Shown here: positions 30,075 to 38,592 of the stretch, piece by piece | How positions within the stretch are numbered: position 1 is the stretch's first letter | Layout of the letters: each line of letters begins with the position of its first letter | DNA from: Candidatus Marinacidobacterales bacterium | Lineage (GTDB): Bacteria; Acidobacteriota; Vicinamibacteria; Marinacidobacterales; SMYC01 | Direction: 5' to 3' | Assembly (NCBI GenBank): GCA_965224085.1 | Contig: CBDCYI010000011.1 | Span: forward strand, 1,568,001 to 1,632,000 | DNA length: 64,000 nucleotides | The notes under the pieces: model-generated | The model's database searches: none | Seen by the model: only the letters and a program-made list of their open reading frames with translations | Told to the model about the DNA's origin: nothing | Translations under genes and position numbers: made by a program

Positions 30075-30899
30075 GTGAATCTCGTTGAGAAAATTCAAGA
30101 GGCAGCCACCTATATCGGGTCGAAGACGAGGATTCGGGCCAAGGTTGGTATCGTGCTCGGGTCGGGGCTCGGCGCATTCGCCGATTCCTTGACGGAGGCG
30201 ACCGAATTTCCCTACGAGGCTATCCCTCATTTCCCGAGCTCGAGCGTCGAAGGGCACAAAGGCAAGTTGATCGCGGGAAAGTTCGCGCACGTTCCGGTGC
30301 TCGTCATGGCCGGCCGCGTACATGCCTACGAAGGCTATAGCGCTGCGGACGTCGTGTTCCCGGCTCGCGTCATGGTGACGAGCGGCGCACAGAACCTCGT
30401 CCTCACCAATGCCGCTGGCGCTGTCAATGCCGCTTTCAAGCCGGGCGATCTGATGGTCATCACCGATCAATTGAACTTGACCGGCTTGAACCCTCTCGTC
30501 GGCCCAGAGCTGCCCGAGCTCGGACATCGCTTCACCGACGTTTCTTCCGCCTATCATCCCGCTCATATCGAGACGTGCAACAAAGCCGCGCGCCGAATCG
30601 GATTGACCTTGAGAAAAGGCGTCTATGCGGGGCTTCTCGGGCCGAGCTTCGAGACGCCAGCCGAGATTCGTATGCTCCGCACGATGGGAGCCGACGCCGT
30701 CGGGATGTCCACCGTGCTCGAGACGATCGCCGCGCATCAGATGCGTGCCCGCGTGCTCGGGATCTCCTGTATCACCAACATGGCAGCTGGAATCCTCCAG
30801 CAAAAGATCAACCATCAAGAGGTCAGGGAGGTAGGCGCTCGCGTTAGCTCCGTATTCCTCGAGCTCATCAGCTCACTCTTACCGGACCTAATGAAATGA
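30075..30899 (+). CDS. punA: Purine nucleoside phosphorylase (trimeric, PunA/XapA type)
   Basis: LGSGLG, GRVHAYEG, GPSFETPAE and VGMSTV.E motifs. Confidence 0.94.
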   Translation: MNLVEKIQEAATYIGSKTRIRAKVGIVLGSGLGAFADSLTEATEFPYEAIPHFPSSSVEGHKGKLIAGKFAHVPVLVMAGRVHAYEGYSAADVVFPARVMVTSGAQNLVLTNAAGAVNAAFKPGDLMVITDQLNLTGLNPLVGPELPELGHRFTDVSSAYHPAHIETCNKAARRIGLTLRKGVYAGLLGPSFETPAEIRMLRTMGADAVGMSTVLETIAAHQMRARVLGISCITNMAAGILQQKINHQEVREVGARVSSVFLELISSLLPDLMK

Positions 30900-31291
30900 T
30901 TGACATTCCAAAAGACCTCGTCGAGCACGCCACGCGCGTCCGCGAGAATGCAGTGGCGGATTTCTCCAAGTTCAAAGTCGGCGCAGCACTTCGCAGCAAC
31001 GGAGGCGACATCTTTACTGGCTGCAACGTCGAGAACGCTACCCTCGGACTGACCATATGCGCCGAGCGCGTGGCGCTCTTCAAAGCGCTCTCAGAAGGCG
31101 CCCGGGCCTTCACCGAGATCGTCGTCGTCACCGCCGCCGACAAACCGACGCCACCCTGCGGCGCCTGCCGGCAAATGCTGTGGGAGTTTTGTGGCGACAT
31201 CCCCGTCTACATGGTGAGCACCAACGGAACGAACGACACGATGAAGATGAGCGAGCTGTTTCCGAGAGCGTTCGATAAATCGGGCCTGTGA
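30896..31291 (+). CDS. cdd: Cytidine deaminase (tetrameric type)
   Basis: GCNVEN, CAER and PCGACRQ motifs. Confidence 0.95.
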   Translation: MIDIPKDLVEHATRVRENAVADFSKFKVGAALRSNGGDIFTGCNVENATLGLTICAERVALFKALSEGARAFTEIVVVTAADKPTPPCGACRQMLWEFCGDIPVYMVSTNGTNDTMKMSELFPRAFDKSGL

Positions 31292-31356
31292 GGCTGTGAC
31301 GGAAGTTGACGTCCGTGCTGCCGGCTACCCGTGCGTTTCGCCACGTCCCAGCTGAC

Positions 31357-31862
31357 TCAATCTCGTACGGCGACAAACGGTAGTTGACGGTAGCGTTGGT
31401 TGTCGTCTAGGCCGTAGCCGACGACGAGGCGATCGGGGACTTCGAAGCCGACATAATCGACAGCAACGTCGAACTCGCGCCGGGACGGCTTCGATAGAAA
31501 CGCGGCCACCTTTAATGTAGCCGGCTCGCGCGAACGGAGCATGTTGAGAAGATAGTTGAGCGTGAGCCCTGTATCCGCAATGTCCTCGACGACGATCACG
31601 TCGCGGCCCGCGAGCGACAAGTCCAGGTCCTTCGTCAGCTGAACCTCTCCGCTCGAAGTTTTGCCCTTCCCATAGGATGACACCGCGAGGAAGTCGAGCG
31701 TCACCGGCACTTCCATCGCTCGCGCGAGATCGGCGAGAAAAGTATAGCGCCTTTCAGCACGCAGATGAGATGGACCGTCTTCCCTTGATAGTCCGCGCTG
31801 ATTTCTTTAGCCAGCTCGCGGACGCGCCTCGCGATTTGTTCTTCGCTGATCAGGACTTCCAT
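31357..31862 (-). pseudogene. hpt: Hypoxanthine phosphoribosyltransferase split by a 1-bp frameshift near 31740
   Basis: The N-terminus (MEVLISEEQI...VLKGAILF) and the remainder (LADLARAMEVPV...VEDIADTG..VVGYGLD) are in different frames. The break lies in CTTTTC and could be a sequencing error. Confidence 0.88.
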
Positions 31863-31912
31863 TCTCTCTCTAGTGTCTAACTCGCTCACCGAGCGCGGGC
31901 GGCAGCTCGCGC

Positions 31913-31958
31913 GAAGTGTAAGGCGATTAGGGAAGTGTAAGGCAGGGACGTGTAGGGA
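31913..31958. repeat. Direct repeats GAAGTGTAAGGC x2 plus a degenerate third copy, upstream of hpt
   Basis: Copies at 31913-31924 and 31932-31943; GACGTGTAGGGA at 31947-31958. Confidence 0.7.
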
Positions 31959-32054
31959 CAGGAGGGGATAAGGGGATCTCCGCCTCTCCACACATCCCCA
32001 CCGCTCGTTTTCTGATACATCGACGGGCGGTAGGTCTTCACCACTCTGAGCGGA

Positions 32055-32978
32055 TCAGCCTTGGGCGAACAACTCGAACGTCACGGTAATGACGCCGTAG
32101 GCTTCGATCGGCCGGCCCTCTTTGAGGGCGGGCTTCCACCTCCAGAGTTTGGCATTATCTTTAGCAGCCTCGACGCAATACCGAAGGGATTTCAAGACCC
32201 GGACGACTTCGGTGGTCCCGTCGAGCTTCACGAGGACTTCGAGCAACACTTCCCCTCGCACCATCTTTTCGCGGGCAGCGGCCGGATAGTCGGGGCTCGG
32301 AGGCTTGAAAACAAGAGCGGGCTCGATATCCCACGCGCCCGGCGAGTAATCGCCGCCGCCGAAACCGCCTCCGCGCCCGGGGCCGACCGCCCAGCCTTCG
32401 CCGCTACCCACGCCCGTGCCTTCGCCGCCGCCGACACCGCCATCGGTGCCTGCGCTCGGTCGGTTGTCGAGGCCGCCGAAATCCCGCATGTCATCCAAAG
32501 ACAATCCGGGGAACTCTTGCTCATCCGGCGAGAACACCCCAGCGAAAATGATATCCGTATCGGTAGGTAAATCCGGAACGTTCAAGTCGTCGAAACGGAG
32601 CTTTGGCGGCTTTCGGGGCGCCACTGGCGCGCGACGCGGCTCCGGCTCCACCTCGGGCTCCGGCGCCTCCGGCGGTGGTCTTGTGCGGATAAAGGCGGAA
32701 ATCCGCTCCCCACCCGAGCCGCCACCACCGCCACCGCTCCCGCGCCCACTCCCGCCTGGCTCATAGAAGCGGACGAGCACCCCTCCCGCTTCCATCGGAT
32801 CTTGGGACATCCAGCTAGCTATGGGCGGGAGAAGCATGAAGAGGAAGACGAGAACATGCACACCCCCGGCGGCCGAGAGAGATTTTGTGCGTTCGTCCCA
32901 ACCGAGCTTTGGCGCACTCTCCTCGGAGAGGCGTTCCATTCCGGAAAAGAACTCCGGACCTTGGCTCATGTCACCCAT
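32055..32978 (-). CDS. TonB family energy transducer
   Basis: N-terminal TM with His, Gly/Pro-rich linker and TonB-C domain (YPAAARE..VRGEV.LEV.V..DG; WRWKPA). Confidence 0.88.
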   Translation of the reverse strand: MGDMSQGPEFFSGMERLSEESAPKLGWDERTKSLSAAGGVHVLVFLFMLLPPIASWMSQDPMEAGGVLVRFYEPGGSGRGSGGGGGGSGGERISAFIRTRPPPEAPEPEVEPEPRRAPVAPRKPPKLRFDDLNVPDLPTDTDIIFAGVFSPDEQEFPGLSLDDMRDFGGLDNRPSAGTDGGVGGGEGTGVGSGEGWAVGPGRGGGFGGGDYSPGAWDIEPALVFKPPSPDYPAAAREKMVRGEVLLEVLVKLDGTTEVVRVLKSLRYCVEAAKDNAKLWRWKPALKEGRPIEAYGVITVTFELFAQG

Positions 32979-33089
32979 CCTGGCCAAATGTTAGCACGGC
33001 GGCCAGGACGACGCCCGTCGCCGGCCATGAACTTGCGTCCTACGGGTCGGCCCCGACGGACCGCGGATTTCCGTCGCCGATTCAAGGGC

Positions 33090-33118
33090 TTGCAAGAAAT
33101 CAAGGGGCGTCATAGATT
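33090..33118 (+). promoter_or_regulatory. Sigma70 promoter of rpiB-deoC, probably giving a leaderless mRNA
   Basis: TTGCAA-N17-TAGATT, 7 nt before GTG 33126. Confidence 0.65.
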
Positions 33119-33125
33119 AAGCCGA

Positions 33126-33758
33126 GTGGCCGACGACAAACGCCGCATCCTGACGGGCGAGGATGTCCAATCGATTCCTGAAGGAGGTATTCTCGACATC
33201 ACGCCGGGCACGTTGCTCACCGACATCGCTCGTGAGTGGGTCGACCGGCGCAAGATCCGAATCGTCGAACGCATGCGCTCGGGCGACGACGCCATCGCCG
33301 CAGTGAAGCTCGCGATCGGCTCTGACCATGGCGGCTTCGAAATGAAAAGCGCCCTCAGGGAATACCTCGACGTGCTAAAAGCGAGTTATATCGACTATGG
33401 CACCCGTTCGAAAAGAGCGGTCGACTACCCGGACATCGCCCACGCCGTCGCTCTCTCCGTCGCCCTCGGACAGGCGAAGCAAGGGATCATCATCGACGGC
33501 GCCGGTATCGGCTCAGCCATCGTCGCTAACAAAGTCCCTGGCATTCGCGCAGCAGCGTGCTACGAGGAAGCGGGCGCTATGAACGCACGCGAGCACAACG
33601 ACATCAACGTGCTCACGCTCGGCTCCAACCTGATGCTCCCCGAAAAGCTGCGGCCCATCGTGCGCATCTTCATGAGCGCCGAGCACCGCGAGCCCCGTCA
33701 CAAGAACCGGGTGGCGAAGATCATGGCGGTCGAAAAGAAGTATTATCGACCCGTATGA
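33126..33758 (+). CDS. rpiB: RpiB/LacAB sugar-phosphate isomerase with a BMC-associated (EutQ-N-like) N-terminal domain
   Basis: [26 protein letters not shown] and AREHND; N-terminal RILTGEDV...[12 protein letters not shown]. Confidence 0.9.
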   Translation: MADDKRRILTGEDVQSIPEGGILDITPGTLLTDIAREWVDRRKIRIVERMRSGDDAIAAVKLAIGSDHGGFEMKSALREYLDVLKASYIDYGTRSKRAVDYPDIAHAVALSVALGQAKQGIIIDGAGIGSAIVANKVPGIRAAACYEEAGAMNAREHNDINVLTLGSNLMLPEKLRPIVRIFMSAEHREPRHKNRVAKIMAVEKKYYRPV

Positions 33759-34588
33759 GCTGGGACCTGGAACGTCTCACAGACGCGGTGACCGAGGCTG
33801 TGCTCTTGGAGCTCGGCGCCGCCGATCGTCCATGCAGCTGCCATCATCTCGATCGCAGCCAGTGTCCCGACGTGATGCAGCCGCTCGTCGATCGCGGCGC
33901 GGAACGGTTTGGCCTAACGGCTTCCGCTCCTCATCGAAGCCTCGCCGCTCTCATCGACCACACGCTTCTCAAACCCGACGCCACCGAAGAGCAGATCCGA
34001 ACGCTGTGCGCCGAAGCGGCCACGCATCGATTCGCGACTGTATGTATTCAGCCAACCTGGGTGCGGCTCGCCGCCCAGCTTCTTCGCGGAACGAGCGTCG
34101 GCGTTTGCACCGTCTCCGGATTTCCGCTTGGCGCCAATAGTCCGGACGTCAAAGCCTACGAGACCCGTCGCGCAATATTCGACGGCGCCAATGAAGTCGA
34201 CATGGTGATCAATATCGGCGCACTCAAGTCGATAGACTACCGCACCGTCGAAGACGACATCCGCGGAGTCGTCGAAGCGTGCCGAGAAGGATCCGCGCTG
34301 AGCAAGGTCATCATAGAGACGGCGCTTCTCACCGAAGACGAGAAAGTCAAAGCATCCACGCTCGTGGCTGCGGCCGGCGCCGACTTCATCAAGACCTCGA
34401 CCGGATTCGGGCCCGGAGGCGCAACCGTCGAAGACGTCGCGCTCATGCGGGACATCGTCGGCCAGAAAATGGGCGTCAAAGCCGCAGGTGGCGTCCGCGA
34501 TCGCGCGACCGCAAAACAGATGGTGGATGCCGGAGCAACCCGGATCGGCGCGAGTGCGGGGATCCGCATCATTCAGGCGAGCGACTAA
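33755..34588 (+). CDS. deoC: Deoxyribose-phosphate aldolase with encapsulation-peptide-like helix and Cys/His-rich N-terminal extension
   Basis: [29 protein letters not shown] and RIGAS; ATGA overlap with rpiB. Confidence 0.95.
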   Translation: MSWDLERLTDAVTEAVLLELGAADRPCSCHHLDRSQCPDVMQPLVDRGAERFGLTASAPHRSLAALIDHTLLKPDATEEQIRTLCAEAATHRFATVCIQPTWVRLAAQLLRGTSVGVCTVSGFPLGANSPDVKAYETRRAIFDGANEVDMVINIGALKSIDYRTVEDDIRGVVEACREGSALSKVIIETALLTEDEKVKASTLVAAAGADFIKTSTGFGPGGATVEDVALMRDIVGQKMGVKAAGGVRDRATAKQMVDAGATRIGASAGIRIIQASD

Positions 34589-35216
34589 GAGCCCGACTCG
34601 CTTGCTCGTAGTCCTCTGGCGTATCGATATCGACGCAAACTCCCGGATCCTCGACAGGTATCTCGAGTACTTCGTCGTGGTGGCGCGCGAGCAAAGACTT
34701 CCCGCCCTGATCGCCGACGAGGGTCAGAAACTCCTCGACAAGCTCCGCGACAAAGAGCACAGGATGCCCCTGCTCGCCTCGATAGACCGGATGGGCGATG
34801 CGCGCACCGACTTCGTCGAAGGTGGCCGTGAGCGTGCGGATCGTCTCAGGCTTCACGAGCGGTTTGTCGGCGAGTGCTACGAGCACGATGCGCGTTTCTT
34901 CGGGCAAGCGCTCGAGCCCGCATCGGAGCGAGCTCGCGAGTCCGTCGTTGCTGCCAGGATTTATTACCACCTCGACGCGCTCATCATCTTTAAATAGTTT
35001 GAATGGTTTAAATGGCTTGAATGGTTTATGAGGCTCACAAAGCTCGCTCGGAGACTCGCCAGGCGAAGCGACGACGACGAGAACACGATCAAGCTCGGCG
35101 GCCAACAAATTGCGGAGGCTCCTCGACAGCATCGTCTCGCCGCCGAAAGCGAGATCGAGCTTCGGACGCCCCATTCGGCGCGATGCGCCCGCCGCAAGAA
35201 GTACCGCGACGCGCAC
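34569..35216 (-). CDS. mocA: Molybdenum cofactor cytidylyltransferase-like NTP transferase (MocA/YgfJ)
   Basis: [24 protein letters not shown] and DIDTPEDY motifs. Confidence 0.85.
   Translation of the reverse strand: MRVAVLLAAGASRRMGRPKLDLAFGGETMLSRSLRNLLAAELDRVLVVVASPGESPSELCEPHKPFKPFKPFKLFKDDERVEVVINPGSNDGLASSLRCGLERLPEETRIVLVALADKPLVKPETIRTLTATFDEVGARIAHPVYRGEQGHPVLFVAELVEEFLTLVGDQGGKSLLARHHDEVLEIPVEDPGVCVDIDTPEDYEQASRALSRSPE
34989..35030. repeat. AT-rich 9-bp tandem repeat inserted in frame in mocA ([14 protein letters not shown])
   Basis: TTTAAATAG TTTGAATGG TTTAAATGG CTTGAATGG. Confidence 0.85.
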
Positions 35217-35219
35217 CGG

Positions 35220-36005
35220 TCACTCCGCCTCGGGACGCATTCGATAGAAACATTCGGTCGGCTTGATCGCTTCGCCGAAGACAACCTCTGAAACACCTTG
35301 CTGCAATAGGCGCTCTCCGATGCTTTCCGCAGCTTTCAGACGGTAGTCGACGGCCTTGTTCAACAGGACGGTGTGGCGGCTCCCCTTCGGGATCTTAGGA
35401 AGGTAGCCTTTGACGATCGTGGCTGCGATGACGGCGTCGGTGACGTCCATGCCCGGCGACGCTCCCGATAAGCTAGCCACGATCTCGAGTCTATGGACAT
35501 GCTCCCCATCGAGCTTGTGGTCGAGAACGTCGAGGCCGACGAGGATCGCGGTGAGCGTCGTTTCAGCCGGAATCACAGGTTCGTGGCTCGCCGGCGCTTT
35601 CAAGGAACGCCCACGAGCACCGTCGGCCTCGATGACAACACAATCGGCAAGACTTCGGAGCGGGTCCAGCATCACGGGATCTACTCCAGCGAGCTTGTCG
35701 TCCCGTTTCCGATCCTGAATCACGATCACCGAGCCGTAGCGCCGAAGCCGCGCTTTGACCGTAGTGAGCCAATTGTCTTGCTCACCCACGACGACGAGCG
35801 GCGGCATCGTCGTCGCCGTCATAGGCATCTGCATATGGGTCGTCGACGTCGCGACGACGCTCAAGCCCTGGCGCCGGAGCTCCCCCGTGAGCGCGTAGAG
35901 CACGGTGGTCTTGCCGCCCGCGCCCACGAGGCTCACAACGTCACCTTTGCCTATCGATAGCGCGTCGGCGAGCCCAAAACTCGAATCGATCGCGATTTTC
36001 GCCAT
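35220..36005 (-). CDS. yqeC: YqeC, selenium-dependent molybdenum hydroxylase accessory protein
   Basis: SLVGAGGKTT, STTHM, IEADGARGRSLKAPASHEP and LLNKA; start trimmed to ATG 36005. Confidence 0.9.
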   Translation of the reverse strand: MAKIAIDSSFGLADALSIGKGDVVSLVGAGGKTTVLYALTGELRRQGLSVVATSTTHMQMPMTATTMPPLVVVGEQDNWLTTVKARLRRYGSVIVIQDRKRDDKLAGVDPVMLDPLRSLADCVVIEADGARGRSLKAPASHEPVIPAETTLTAILVGLDVLDHKLDGEHVHRLEIVASLSGASPGMDVTDAVIAATIVKGYLPKIPKGSRHTVLLNKAVDYRLKAAESIGERLLQQGVSEVVFGEAIKPTECFYRMRPEAE

Positions 36006-36050
36006 TCGTCGAGAGAGTACTATAGGATACACGGTGAGAGAACTGGAACG

Positions 36051-36755
36051 ATGCGCATTCCCGTCGCGATCCCCGTTGTCCTCATGAGCTTGGCCGCCGC
36101 GCACTGCGCCGGCCAAGAGGACTATGCGGAGGCGCGCCGAACCATGGTGCGCGAGCACCTGCAGGGGCGGGACATCTCCGACCCTCGAGTCCTCGAGGTC
36201 ATGAGCCATGTGCCGCGACACGAGTTCGTGCCCGCCATGTTGCGCTCGCAAGCCTATGCCGATCACGCCCTGCCAATAGCGGAAGGTCAAACGATCTCCC
36301 AACCCTACATCGTTGCGCTGATGACCCAGCTCGCCGAGATCGAGGAGGACCATGCGGTTCTCGAGATCGGGACCGGCTCCGGCTATCAGTCAGCCGTCCT
36401 CGCCGAGATGGTCCGTGAGGTCCATACCATCGAGATCATCCCCGAGCTCGCCGAAAGCGCCCAAGCGAAGCTCGCGGCTCTCGGTTACGAGAACGTGCAT
36501 GGAAAAACCGGAGACGGTTATCTCGGGTGGGCGGAAAAGGCTCCCTACGACGCCATTCTCGTCACCGCGGCAGCCCCTGAAGTGCCGCCGCCTCTCATAG
36601 CACAGCTCGCCCCCGGCGGTATTCTTGTCATCCCCGTCGGCCCTCAATCGCAAGTTCAAAAACTCCTTCGGATCGAAAAAACGAATGACGGCACGACAAC
36701 GACCGAAGAGATAATCCCAGTCGTCTTCGTACCCCTCGTCCGCGAGCGGCGATAA
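36051..36755 (+). CDS. pcm: Protein-L-isoaspartate O-methyltransferase
   Basis: GQTISQPYIVA, LEIGTGSGYQ, APYDAI.VTAA and FVPLV motifs. Confidence 0.95.
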   Translation: MRIPVAIPVVLMSLAAAHCAGQEDYAEARRTMVREHLQGRDISDPRVLEVMSHVPRHEFVPAMLRSQAYADHALPIAEGQTISQPYIVALMTQLAEIEEDHAVLEIGTGSGYQSAVLAEMVREVHTIEIIPELAESAQAKLAALGYENVHGKTGDGYLGWAEKAPYDAILVTAAAPEVPPPLIAQLAPGGILVIPVGPQSQVQKLLRIEKTNDGTTTTEEIIPVVFVPLVRERR

Positions 36756-36764
36756 CGAAGAAGG

Positions 36765-37049
36765 CTAGTCTTCGACGCTCACTTCACCCCAAAAGGCCAC
36801 GTAGCCTTCGAAACGCTTGGCAGCGTCCTTGACCTCTGGATAGAACCACGCCGCATCTTTCCCCTCGGTGCCGTCGACGACGACGTTGTAATAACTGGCC
36901 TTCCCCTTCCAGGGGCAAACGGTATGCGTATCACTCGGCTGCAGATATTCCTGCTTTACTGAAGCCGGCGGAAAATAGTGGTTGCCTTCAACCACTTCGG
37001 TCTCCTGCGACTCAGCAATCACGGTTCCATGAAAAACCGCTTTTGACAT
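36765..37049 (-). CDS. DUF427 family protein
   Basis: VEGNHYFP, CPWKG.ASY, AAWFYP and VAFW motifs. Confidence 0.92.
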   Translation of the reverse strand: MSKAVFHGTVIAESQETEVVEGNHYFPPASVKQEYLQPSDTHTVCPWKGKASYYNVVVDGTEGKDAAWFYPEVKDAAKRFEGYVAFWGEVSVED

Positions 37050-37118
37050 ATCGTGACTCCTTTTCTTGCTTCCGCTCTTTCCTATTGCTATTGTTACTTT
37101 TCTGACCTGCCATCCGCT

Positions 37119-37643
37119 ATGAAGAATCGCGTCCCGCTGGCCGTCGCACCCCTGCTCGGTTTGTTGGTTTCCTCATGTGGCGGAAGCGGTCCGTCAGGCC
37201 CGACCGCCCCAACCACTCCGCCCACGAGCACTCCCGTGCTCCCGGTATCGCCATTCGAGATTACAACCCTCATTACCGTGTACCAAAACGCCGCGAGCTT
37301 TGCCCAGTTCACCGAAGACACAACATCCGACGAGAACATCGGAAAAGTCCTTCTCGGCGTCGACGAGCTCACCGCCGGGGGCACGCTTCTCGATAACGAG
37401 CTCTTGCGCTTCGATCTGCAACAAGCCATCAATAGGGCCAACGAGCAGTTCTCGGACGCGGACTTCGAAGCCGCGTTCGGTGAAACCAAGGAGAATCTGC
37501 GCCGCTTCTTCAACGACGCCGACAACGACGGCTGGTCCGTCGATGGCCGCCACGGAGAAGGACGTGACTGGCCCCATGACGCCGACGGCAACGACCCCGA
37601 TGGCTGGCTAGCCCAAATGGCCATCACCGTAACTCGCCGATAA
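37119..37643 (+). CDS. Hypothetical lipoprotein with DxDxDG-like motifs
   Basis: Lipobox LVSSC, Pro/Thr linker, DADNDG and DADGND.DG. Confidence 0.75.
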   Translation: MKNRVPLAVAPLLGLLVSSCGGSGPSGPTAPTTPPTSTPVLPVSPFEITTLITVYQNAASFAQFTEDTTSDENIGKVLLGVDELTAGGTLLDNELLRFDLQQAINRANEQFSDADFEAAFGETKENLRRFFNDADNDGWSVDGRHGEGRDWPHDADGNDPDGWLAQMAITVTRR

Positions 37644-37680
37644 CTACCTTAGCTGATCCGCACCTATCCTGAATGCTGAT

Positions 37681-38457
37681 CTAGGAAACTCCGAGCTCCT
37701 CCAGCTTCTCGACGATCGACTCGAACCAAACTTGGGCCATCGTCTCGTAGCCCAGATTGTTCGGGTGCACGCCGTCGGAGCCTACGCCACGGAAGCGTTT
37801 CGGCGCCGCGACTTCGTGGTCGGCGATCGGGACGTTCTTTCTTTTCCCTTCCTGGCGGATCACGTCGTTGAGACGCGTGATGTTCTCGACCGCGAAGACA
37901 CGGAACCCGTCCGGGTTTACCGGCAGATAGGTTCCGATGATGACGAACTTGCCTCGGAGGATACCGATCCGCATCATCTCGGCGAGATTGGAGCGCACGA
38001 CGGGAAAACGGGCGACGTCGTTATTGACGTCAACGATGCCTTCCAAGATAAGAATCAAATCCGGCTCATGGCGCCTTATCATCGTATCGATACGGTCGAG
38101 GCCTTCTCTCGTGTTCTCGCCGCCAATGCCTTCATTGACTAGCTCGAAACCGGTGCCGAAGCGCTCTTCGAGCAGCCGCCATAGCTTTGGGACATAGCCT
38201 TCGACGGTGGTGAGCACGGGCCGGATCCCGCCCGAGCCGCTATATTGCTGCGTCACGCCGAAAGTCACGCTGTCACCGAAGCAAAGAATTTTCTTGATGG
38301 GGAAGTTTTCGGGAAGGTCCATACGCCGGGCCGAATCGGCTAGTGCGACGGCGCTTTCGCCTGGGACTTCCACGTCCGGCGAGGCAGGTGAGCTATCTGT
38401 TCCGCAGCCAGCCGTGATGAGGATACCAAGAAGACATCCAGCTATCGTTACTCTCAT
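37681..38457 (-). CDS. SGNH/GDSL hydrolase lipoprotein
   Basis: Lipobox ITAGC, FGDSVT, NEGIGGE and DGVHPN. Confidence 0.88.
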   Translation of the reverse strand: MRVTIAGCLLGILITAGCGTDSSPASPDVEVPGESAVALADSARRMDLPENFPIKKILCFGDSVTFGVTQQYSGSGGIRPVLTTVEGYVPKLWRLLEERFGTGFELVNEGIGGENTREGLDRIDTMIRRHEPDLILILEGIVDVNNDVARFPVVRSNLAEMMRIGILRGKFVIIGTYLPVNPDGFRVFAVENITRLNDVIRQEGKRKNVPIADHEVAAPKRFRGVGSDGVHPNNLGYETMAQVWFESIVEKLEELGVS

Positions 38458-38592
38458 TCTAAAATACGCTCCGAGCGTTCCTTTAAATGCCCGCGCTCTG
38501 GTGCGCGGCTTGTTCAAATTCGAAGAACCTATCATTGCTATACAGAATTATCCGGTTGACAATAACCGTGACGAGCTGGGTGTTTCCGAGCC

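Noticed and set aside
35220-36005. Selenocysteine (TGA) recoding near yqeC
   Set aside because: No in-frame TGA at a conserved Cys position was seen, and YqeC relates to labile selenium cofactors rather than Sec.
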